NCBI GenBank assembly: GCA_040954595.2 | Contig: CM082580.2 | Span: 10,828,390 to 10,892,389 of the forward strand | Direction: 5' to 3' | Length of the DNA: 64,000 nucleotides | Source of the DNA: Balanoglossus misakiensis | Lineage: Eukaryota > Animalia > Hemichordata | Part shown: piece after piece, positions 1 to 13,890 of the stretch | Numbering within the stretch: position 1 is the first letter of the stretch | Layout of the letters: every line of letters begins with the position of its first letter | Made by a program: the position numbers and the translations under genes | The notes under the pieces: model-generated | What the model was told of the DNA's origin: nothing | What the model saw: the letters and a program-made list of their open reading frames with translations, nothing else | The model's database searches: none

Positions 1-3000
1 TTCAGATATCTACACCTATATCCTTATTAATCTCAATACCAGAAGCTTCTCTACGACTGGTATTCTCTGTTCTCAATGGTTTGGTTGGATAATGTTGCAG
101 AGTATGTATTCAAGGCAGCCATCTTGTTGACCTTTGACCTCCATTAACTGTTCATAAATCACAACCTGATTCACAGCCTCAGCATCTTAATACCAATGTT
201 TCCCTAACAATGTATTCATGCAAATAGGATAGCACATGCACACGCAACCATTTCTACATAAGTCAATTTCCCAGTGTAAACATCATTTTTTTCTGAACAC
301 TCTTCTAAAATGTTCAATATATAAATAGAAAGAGCCAATGGAATTTTGATCATCTGTCGTGAAATTGGTGATATTCTGCTGAATAAATTACAGCACTTTG
401 ACTCACTTCGCCGTATGTTATATTTACCGTATTGAATTATACGATGTGTGTGGAGAAACATCCCACAGCAACCTCGCCCACTACAGTTCCAACGATCCAA
501 AAAGGAAGAAAAATCAGAGCGTGTCAACGAAACCGAGACAACGAAGGGATGACTGTTTCACCTTCACCTGCCATGCATACCAATAACGCATGCATATCAG
601 GGTCAATCACCTTTCAGTGAAACCGTACTGCCATGACCACAAATGCACTTTGCTGGGAAATTATGTCACGAAACACGACACCCCTAATCTGATATCATAC
701 CACAGGAATATCAGGGGTGCATTCTTTGTAAATGAATATGAATTTCATCAGAATTTCTGGTTTTATTTTTACCAATAAGCCATCAAAATTTCTCGTATGT
801 GATTGTGAATTTTTTTTTATCAGTAAATCTACTTACACTGTCTGTGGCTATGGAAGCAGACCAAGGGAATGTGACGTACGATTGAAGATAACTTAGTACA
901 TTCCGACAGACAATGCAACAATATCAATGAAATAAAATTATCGCAGAGGTATTACACAATCACCAGAGGGAAAATTTGCACACGCAATGATCTCATTAAT
1001 AATAAGGGGAAAAAGTAGTTTGACCTGCCTTAAGAGAATTAGTCATTGAGGGCCTGCCTTAATTATGAAATTTATGTGGCAGGCAATTGAATTGTTTGAT
1101 AAGATAAAATTCATCAGAGAAGAAGACAAAGAGAGTATATCCATGTACGATTATGTCGGAATCTGGAATTGAGAGGACGCAGGTTAAAAGGTTGTCACCA
1201 ATCAGATCTGTACAAATACACACAAGACAATCCGTACACAATTTTATCATCAACATTCTTGCTCTTAGAACCTCTGACATCCAAATGCCGTACTTCTTAT
1301 AACAAAGCAGTTGACCAAATACCCAACATTTCTCGCAATGCAGCAAATAGAAGCCTTTTCCGAAATGTATTGCGCATATAGCTATTGAGCCTATTCCATT
1401 CAGTGTTGAACAAGCATTCTTCTGATCTCAAACCAACACGGAAGAAAAGGCACCGGGCACAGAGATACGAAACGGGAAGCTGAGCTGGGAATCATGGGCC
1501 AGTCGTCAATGTGTCATGTCACTCACTGCACTGTGTTGTATGAGTTATGGCAGTTATAGTACTTTGTGAGCACATTGTGACACCTGTATAACCAGGGCAC
1601 CCACAACATTGTTCTTTTGTTTTGCTCATCCAGGGGCTTTTAAAAACTGACTGACTGATACACATTAACTGTCAGGACTATTGTCCTTATGTGTGTTTTT
1701 ATTATAGTCATCACCAGGTACCCCTGTTCTCTCCAGGCCTGGTTGCTATGGCGACTAATATCTCAGAATAATTTTTTTTCAAGTGCAGGTTACAGGGCCC
1801 ACAACTCAGCACAGTGTTCTCCCTGCAGCAATCAAATCACCATCCTTTTCATTTCGGGAAAACAATAGAAACTGATCAATAGAACAACTAATTTCATTAT
1901 TGCAGTGTTATGCAATGGGTATAATTGGAAACTCTTGGGCAGAGCACACAGTGCCAATTTGCAAGTGGCTCTAACCAATAAAATAACGTGCAATGAAATC
2001 TTTATTTACACATTGTATATTTCACCATTCTTGACTCTTTTCCTTTCTTCACAAAATGCGACAAAGTGCAAACAGGTCATCACTGAACTGTGCCTATTTT
2101 ATGTACTATCCTAAAACTTCTGTATGGATGGAATAATGACATGACAACATTTATAACTTCGTGCAAAAATTGCTAATCTCAGATCGGCAGATGAACTTGT
2201 CTGCATGATATACATGTATATGTGAACTGCAGTAGAATTATTATGGTTACACTGAAATGAGCAACAGAGGGCGCTGTTTGAGAGCAGATTAACAAAATGT
2301 ATTTGGCGTAATTTAAAAAGATTGTGTTCTCGGTATATATCCTCACTGTCTCACTCTCAAAGAGATGCTATCATTATACATAGAATAACTTGTTCAGAGT
2401 TGGAATGCAATGAATCAGTAAAGGCAAGCCATACGAGATCATGAGAGTGTAGGAAAAACAAAGTCACTATGTTGGTTAATGCTTCACCTGAGCAAAAAGC
2501 CATCAACTGCGTCATATGCGTACATGTATGTTTACCTGAACTTGAACTCATGCCAAAATCTTCTGCTTCATTATGGGGGCCAAATGCAAAAACAACTGAC
2601 CTGTAGTAACTTTAATGTGTTGGGCGAGATCTAGTGGTATTTCTTTTATTCTGAAGAGGTTTAACGGTGACACTGAAACACCCAGGAAAACACAATGGCA
2701 ACAATCGTGACATTCAAAAACATCATGAGCAGGTACAATGAAAACAGACAGGTCATGGTCATGTAATTCCTGCGTTAGGAGAATCATGTAAACTCTGACT
2801 GCTGGGATATTTCTTTCCACTTACTCCCCCACCCCCTTTCAATGACATCCAAGAGGATGGTCATTGTTCTTTTGATTACATACATCATAACATGTACTGC
2901 CTATTGTTCGCAATCTGCAATTTTAAAATTTCTGTTCAATACCTCTGTTTGTGTTGTTACCATCACAATAGCTTCCCAGTACATGAATTACATATTTCAA

Positions 3001-4420
3001 CAGATGTGCATTGCGTGTTGATCCACTGTTTTGATTGTCCTCAAAACATATCAATTCACTGTATTGATTGTACAAAAAGGCCGTTTTTGACGAATGTGAC
3101 TGGAAAGAGAAAACTGACAAATTTTCTTCCAACTTATGAAAATAACGCTGCCCATTGTCTAAATATGTACATGAACAACTCAAGTTTACTTAGACACAAA
3201 ATTGTCTGTTGTATTTCGTAGGATAAAACACTGCTGGAAAGAAGGATTGACAAACGATGTCACTGACAACTTTTTGACACAAATTGGTGATATGTGCCTG
3301 CAATTTGCATATTCGCTTTCAATGGGCTGTCATCTCTGGGTGTCATCATAGCAAACAAGATTTACAAGCGAGCCAGATCGAGTGAAACTTTGCACAAGAC
3401 TGTGACAATTTAAGAGAAACACACCTCCTCAGATCTTTAGAAGCTTTTCTGACAATCGGAGGGCAACTTAGTAGATTTCACTGAAATTAACAAGCGCAAA
3501 TTATACCACTGCTTTTCCACAACGATTTTCCTTGTTTCATAACGACAGAAGCAGATCAGGATACTGGATAATATTAATCAGTTGTAAGTTCCTCTTATGT
3601 TTAGATCGTATTGACCGAATCAAAGTGGAAGATCGCCAAAAAGCCGCATTATGTAGATTGTACTGGTATACCCCCTCGTCTAATAAGTTGCCTGTAGGTT
3701 GTCTGATTTGTGCAAACATTGCAACTCCGGGGTGCACAAACGCTGTTTAGCAACTGTCAAGGATATAATAAATAACAGCAATGACAGTTCTGTTAATGTT
3801 TGCTGTGCAGGGAGTTACACCCAACATGCCTGCAAAGTGACCCACGACACAGCATTCATTGTTGTGCTGCGTGTGCATCCCCTGTTTCGGATTTTGCAAC
3901 ATTTCGCCGAACAGGGCTTCAGCATACGGCAAACTGCAGAACGAACGACCTTGAGCTGATGAGAAGTGTTTTTTTTTCATTCATAGTCACGAAGGCAGGG
4001 CCATTTAAACTGATGCAAACGCTGCTCGCACTGTCCCGCGATGCACAAGGCGAATCTGCCGTGACTTCTAACTGCAACGCTCTTATTTTTGCCATCAAAA
4101 GTGACTAGATCGGCATCGGCGACTGAGATCGCCGTCATTCAATAACAGTAACACGACACAGCTCTCAGTGGCCTTGTGCACAAAGATCACCACCGCTCAC
4201 AGATCTGATCATATCTCATATTTTGAGCGTACAATTCGCATCACCTACCCCGATCTTGTTGCTGCACGGTCGATAATTATATATTCTTCACGCTGCAGCT
4301 TGTAAAGTCTGCACAACGAGCTCACAAAGGGCAGATTTCCACCAAAACCGGGCGTTTTCCAAGAACGACAATAACTGCTTTTCGCATCAGGAAATGGAGC
4401 TCGGAAATGTGCGCAAAACC

Positions 4421-4477
4421 ATTGCGCAGTTTCAATAAAGATGGCATGACGTCATGGTAAAAGGTCAGTAGAGGTCA
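4421..4477. promoter_or_regulatory. Cluster of C/EBP-like, CRE and DR4 motifs
   Basis: ATTGCGCAGT (4421), TGACGTCA (4447), AGGTCAgtagAGGTCA (4462-4477). Confidence 0.4.
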
Positions 4478-5847
4478 AATAGATGTGAAATGATTCATCC
4501 CAGATACGAACAATTTGAATCACTGTGGTCGCATAACAAAAAAAAACACCCAGAAACAACGCAGTTGAGAAGTAAATCCTTAAATTCGCAGCCTGTACTC
4601 GCGAATCACATTCTGTGGGTATCTATATTACAATTATAATTGTACCCGTTATTAAACAAAAATATAAAAAAAAGTCTTGGACACGTTGGCTATAGGTCTT
4701 CTTAAAATCGTTTATGTCATGTGCCAAGTACTTTTTCAAAGAATGAAATAGGGTCGCGATTTTTTTCTTTCTTACTGGCATTTCCAAAGAGCAAAAGATA
4801 AACTTTAACAAAGACATCAGTATCACTAAAGCGGATAATATGGTGATCCTACCTGTCTGTCTCAGTGTATGATGATGGTCAGTGCCGAAGACAATCACAT
4901 AGCCAAAGTACCGTTATCTATCAACATAAAATGTTACGACAGTGTTAATATTGTCGCACTTTTGAAAAGATTTACTGGTGGTAATTGTTTCGCAACGATT
5001 CATCACAACTGCTTAAGGTCACGACCTCTGCCACTAATCGATAACACTTTGTATTCGTGGCATCGGCTTTGTCTTACTCACGGACACGGTGACCTCGTGT
5101 TGAACCTCGTGGCGTCAACAACAAAAATCGAAAAACGATTCATTTATCATAAATATGCTTTACGTGTGGACTGACAACATGCCTTTGCATGATGAAACAT
5201 TCTGCTTGTACTGACTTTTGCCGACAAATGTTTGCATCTGCCATGTGAGGTTTCATCGACTGAATCATCCTCTGCGTGATTCAATGTTTTTCTGCCGAAA
5301 CCTGTTAATTTCCTTCAAATGAGAAATACCGTAGTATTCTGTAAATGTAGGTCGCATTGTTTAGCCAAGATTGAATTCTAAAAGGCGAAAGAGGTCAGCC
5401 TGTCCAAAGCTAAAATAAACCGTATAGGGAATCACCTATTGTTCGTTTCTGGGACCGCTTTATTTTCTGACCCTTTTTCCGATGTTTTTTTTCTCGTTAA
5501 CATTACCAAAAGCTATGTATGTTAACTCCAATATATAAGGTGTTAGGCAACTATATCGAAAATTAATTTTCTAGTATACTTGTGTGCAGAAATCGGTCAT
5601 TTGCATCGCTGTTTGATTTACACTGAAACAAACACATTTTGCGGGCTTTTCTGGGACCGCTTTATTTTCTAACCCTTTTTTCGATGTACTTTAGAACAAA
5701 CCAAACAATATTATTTCAAAACCATTGTCCACGTTCAATCCACGTGAGAAAGAGTGCAGCTTTGCATAGCGCCACCACAAATACACACAAAAACGTAAGC
5801 AGTTTATATTATAATGTTGGTGGCGATCTCGTACAGCGTTAGTCTCT

Positions 5848-5899
5848 GTTACCCAGACGCCTTTGCTTCTTTCGAAAGAAGCAAAGGCGTCTGGGTAAC
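5848..5899. repeat. Perfect 52-bp palindrome
   Basis: gttacccagacgcctttgcttctttc followed directly by its reverse complement gaaagaagcaaaggcgtctgggtaac. Confidence 0.9.
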
Positions 5900-6123
5900 C
5901 AACGCGCAGTACCAACGTTGGATCGGAGGCTGTTGTTATCGAGCTTGTAAGTTGTATCCTTAATTTTACGAACCATCCGACGATACCGACGGTATTTATT
6001 AGTGGCTTCGTATATTCTATACACTTGGTTTTTTATCAAAGCATTTTTTCTAGTCTGAGTTTTCGATAATGCCCTCACTTTCACTCGATCTACCGACGCT
6101 TGGCGTGTGTGTTTGTTTCACAC

Positions 6124-6135
6124 AAAATGGCGGCC
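6124..6135 (+). promoter_or_regulatory. YY1-like motif near the probable snf transcription start
   Basis: AAAATGGCGGCC about 300 bp upstream of the ATG. A similar AAGATGGCTGC overlaps the GTF3C4 start codon. Confidence 0.45.
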
Positions 6136-6429
6136 ACCATGAAGCCGTAGCAGAGTTTGGGTCTACCACAAGAAACGTTTCCAGTTCCATCATTTGGGCT
6201 TCGCGATTGATTTGAGGGCCTCTGCAGGCTGTGGACAGTGGTGTTGCCCATAATTACTAAAATGTTGGACTGATTTACACTAAGTTTCTCACTACAAGTC
6301 TGATGATCAGTGTGGGGCTTTGTTTGCACCAAGCGATGCATGCACATGTATGTATGTATGTATGTATTCCAGCGTGGTTATAAATACCTTGACTCAATAT
6401 TTCAGTTACATACACTATACAGCTGAGCC

Positions 6430-8015
6430 ATGGAGAATCGTCCAAACAACACCATATACATCAACAACCTCAACGAGAAGATAAAGAAGGATGGTATGTA
6501 CTATTCCCTGCTTGTTTTCATTATGATCCCACCTTTACATGATGAAGGAATTTACAATCCTATATTTTACTCAGGAATACATGTAGATCCCAATGGTCTG
6601 TTCTTGGCATAGCATCTGTTAAGAAATGATTGATGCGTGTGACTGCTACTGTGAAATCCTTGTTCAATTATTTTCGTTCATTTCATGCAGAGTTGAAGAA
6701 GTCCCTGTACGCCATCTTTTCTCAGTTTGGTCAGATTATGGACATTGTGGCCATGAAGACGCTCAAGATGAGGGGTCAGGCATTTGTCATCTTCAAGGAA
6801 ATCGGCAGCGCAACAAACGCCCTCAGATCCATGCAGGGTTTCCCGTTCTACGACAAACCAATGGTAAGTGTATTATTGGCTGCCTAAAAATGCAAATTCC
6901 CAATGTATCTGCGTCACTTGGGTATCTCTTTGAGTTGATTTTCCGTGGTCAGTTCTGCCGTTAATTGTTTATATCATTGTCTCAACTTACAGAGGATAGC
7001 TTATTCAAAGACAGACTCTGACCTCATAGCAAAGGCGAAGGGTACATACGTGGAAAGAAAGCGGGAGAAGAAGAAGGCCGAGGAAAAGCCAAGCAAAGGT
7101 AAGATTATCTATCCTCGGTTTATTAGTTCTTATTGGTGTGACTGTCTTTGTTGTATGAATGTGGCATTGGTAACGTTGTTTTAACTCCTTGCAGTAATCC
7201 CGAACAAGAAGCCCAAACAGACGCCACCAACCGCAGGGCCGCCCGGTGGTATGCCGGGCCAGCAACCGGGAATGCCGGGACAGATGCCCGGAATGGGCCA
7301 ACCTGGCATGCCGGGAATGCCACCTATGATGGCACAACCACCACCAATGCAGCAAGGTAAGGAAGGAGGTGATCGCAGTACCGAGGCAGGTCATGTGATG
7401 ACATGATCTTGATAGACTGACATGATGCAGGATTATACGACTGATTATTGCTCATAGGAGGCAACATGCTTTGGAATCATATCTCAGTGCTTATGTGCGC
7501 ACATACACACACACACACTCACTCACACTCAACTACTCAATTCCCCACCACCCTAACACTCTTTTTCCCCCACATATTTGTTACAGCACCAGGAGGACAA
7601 CCACTGCAGGAGCAGCCACCGAACAACATCCTCTTTTTAACCAATCTGCCGGAAGAAACCAATGAAACGATGTTACAGATGTTATTCAATCAGTAAGTTA
7701 AAGCATTTCACTTGTCGAACACAACCTTGTATGTTATTGAAATTGATCGCTGATTGGTTGGTAATAGGTAGTAGTCATGATGTAAGGTCTGTGTAAACAT
7801 GGAAGGTTTTGATGGTTGAGAGCAGAAATAGAATAATTCTCATTTAATTTTGCAGGTTCGTGGGATTCAAAGAAGTTCGTCTGGTGCCAGGTCGTCACGA
7901 CATCGCTTTTGTGGAATTCGAAAATGAGACGCAAGCGGGCCTCGCCAAAGATGCTTTACAGGGATTCAAAATAACTCCGACAAACGCCATGAAAATATCA
8001 TTTGCCAAGAAATAA
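6430..8015 (+). CDS. snf: U1A/U2B''/SNF-family snRNP protein with two RRMs, 6 coding exons
   Basis: Exons 6430-6493, 6691-6863, 6993-7098, 7195-7356, 7587-7692, 7856-8015, all GT-AG and in phase. RRM1 reads [50 protein letters not shown] Pro/Gly/Met-rich linker follows. RRM2 reads [17 protein letters not shown]...DIAFVEF...[21 protein letters not shown] is SNF-like rather than the vertebrate U1A DILVSRSLKMRGQ. Confidence 0.95.
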
Positions 8016-8249
8016 CACTGGCATGTGCTTTTTTAGTAGTTTTATCTGGGTTTTATTTTACATTTCAAAATGTTGTTGGACTTCAGAATGGAACTGGTGC
8101 CAGGTAAGAAATGGGTTTGTTTTCGTGGAGATAAAGCCCAGTGATGGTAAGGTGCAGCTGTCTATGTCAGGAAAAACCTAAACATTGATCAGTATAGGAG
8201 AAGCACTGTGTTATGAGGAGATGGACAATCTCAATACATGCTATTTCAC

Positions 8250-8736
8250 TTGTCATGAGCATTGCACCTTGTCTCATGACAAATGTTTGCTGCAGGGAGT
8301 TGTTGAAGAAGAAAAAATCTCTAACTGAGCTCATTATCACAGCTAGTTATACTGGTCGTTCTTGCTTCTGCCCTCAGTGTGCATATGTGATGCTTTCCAG
8401 ATGTCCACCAAAACATACTTTGCTCCATTCATAGAATTGTGTGGCATCACCTCATACCTCCCTTTACTCCCTGCAGAAAACATTGATTAGACTCACTGTG
8501 AGCATGTTCATTCACAGAAACAGATACTACAGTACCCCAGTCATAAGCATTGCACAAGGGGGGCTTATGACAAAGAACAGTACAATCAGTGTTGTGTTAG
8601 GACATTGCACTTGGATCTAACATTAGCACTGGGGTCTACACATGGTCAGAGAGCGATACAATATACTTTGTTCTGTTTATAAAGCATTTAATTCAAAACA
8701 GTGCAGTGTTGGAACATTGCACCATGGTTCTAACAT
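8250..8736 (+). promoter_or_regulatory. Four U1 snRNA stem-loop II-like hairpins (AUUGCAC loops) in the snf 3' UTR
   Basis: ATTGCAC at 8261, 8549, 8604 and 8716. Each is preceded by C and sits at the 5' side of a hairpin loop closed by a C-G pair. Confidence 0.85.
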
Positions 8737-8825
8737 CAAAGCACTTGTCGGAGATGTTTGTCACATTTGAATAAGATTATGAGACTGGAATTTAAAATGG
8801 CTTTTCTTTGATTATTTTTTACTTC

Positions 8826-8831
8826 AATAAA
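8826..8831 (+). terminator. Probable snf polyadenylation signal
   Basis: AATAAA followed by T-rich sequence, about 90 nt after the last hairpin. Confidence 0.6.
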
Positions 8832-10368
8832 ATATTTGTATGGAAACTTTAGAATTTTTTTCACATTCTATTATTTTTTCTCCCTCCCCCTTACATTTGA
8901 TATTTTTTATTACCTGTATGTGTAAAGTTGTGACATTCTTCTGTGCAGAGTTGTGGAATCATTGGCCAATGCTCTTTGCTGTGTAAAACGTTTTTTGTTG
9001 TTGATCTTCAAAACCATGAAAACCGAGTCATGAGGGTGACCTATTGTTCTTGTAAGATTCCAACAAGGTTTGTCGGATATATAAAGTTAACTTCAAAGCC
9101 GTTTGAAACCTGCGCTATTTTGTATAATGCCCGATAAACACATTGAAAATGTAAAAGTAATCGGTACCCATTACGGTACAGCATGGGCACTACGACGTTG
9201 GTGTGGTAACGGCATCGCTGAGGGCGTGTAACGCGCCAGGCTCCCATGACAACTAAGCCATACGCGCGTGAATAAGCGAAAATATGACTTGTGTAGCATT
9301 TTCATCTGCGAACGCAAATCTATGACTATGATTTCAATTTTGGGGGTTTGGATTTGCCTCGACAGATACCCTGGACCTCCGACGGAGTTACCCACGATGA
9401 GAAATATAAATCTACCTTTTTTTACCGCTTGCGCTCGTGACTTCAACAGGATGTAGTCGCGCATGCGTGCGCTGAAACTTCTACCGAAGTTTATTAAAGT
9501 GAAAGTTGTCTTAGTGACCGCCCACGACCTACTACCGGCAACTGTCGTAACGTCTCGCGTTTTGTTTTAGTGGGGCGTTTGTGACTGTAGTTTCGTTTTG
9601 AGCAGGTACTAAGGTGGGGTGATCTATTTTAAGTCTTGAGTTGCCTGTTTACATATTTACTTATGAGGACATGTCCGGGTTGAACCTATAAATTTTGAAC
9701 TGCACGCGGTGGTTTGTCAGCGCATAAGTGACTGACCAATTGCATAAATGGGAAAGTTCGCTTTGTAAGTCGCTGATACTCCTTGAAAAAAAAAATCAAT
9801 TCCAGAAAATCGACCCCAAACGACACATTTAGAAGACCGGGTGACTCTTTTCGTAGAAATGCCTTTGCTGATATCTGCATTCACGAATACCAAAGTGTAA
9901 CTCCTTTAATATAGACCATTGAGCTCCTTGACCTCCTCATACACATGATATAGAGCACCCCTGTCTGACGCAATACAAAAATACCACTTCTCACCCAGTT
10001 GCTATTTATGTCACGAATTCGACAATAACGCGACCATTCATTCATTCTGTAGAATTTAACAATGCATTGTCCTTTCGTATCGGTGTGCCCACGGCACGTG
10101 AACGCTGTTGTTGCCAAGATGATGGTTGTAGATGTGTTGGGGATTTCCATGAATACGCCCCCAGCGACGTCATTGCGCTACATAGACAAATTTCTTAACT
10201 TTAGGGATCATCACGTGCGTGTTCTGCTGGGACTCTATTATTAGAGTTATTCTGTCATTAACTTCAAAATCACTTTGTGGCAAGGTTATAAATTGAAAAT
10301 TTCAAATGAGTATACTTTAGTAGTCGAAGTTGTTCATTCTGTGAGCTCGCTCGTCACAAAAGAAAACC

Positions 10369-13567
<3,199 letters not shown>

Positions 13568-13890
13568 CCATAGTAACAAGACGTTATTCAATCGGCAGTT
13601 ATTGGGGAACTCTGTGAGTATCTCTGAAACCTGAGGTCTCTCGTTCGTTGAACAGCCGGGAGTTCTTTTTTATGCGAAACTTGTAAACCTCGGTTTACAA
13701 GAGTTGTAAACCTTGCGAGTTTTTTGTGTGTATATCTATGGCAATATGGGGTGCCTGAACACGAACTTTCTAATCGTGAGTGGGTATAAGACTGGTGACT
13801 TTATTAATGCGATGCGTCAGTTCAGTGACACGTGTCACTACATAAAGTCAGACTAAAATTCCTGAACAGAATAGACTGCGGCGGAAAGAA

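Noticed and set aside
128-140. Perfect DR1 TGACCTTTGACCT, with another at 43584-43596
   Set aside because: Isolated, and this motif is frequent in invertebrate interspersed repeats. There is no supporting context.
1-4400. Short ORFs in the first 4.4 kb
   Set aside because: No recognisable domain or consistent exon chain. Probably intron, UTR or intergenic sequence.
5447-5688. ~40-bp direct repeat (ttctgggaccgctttattttct) 200 bp apart
   Set aside because: Too short to call an LTR or element. Probably a local duplication.
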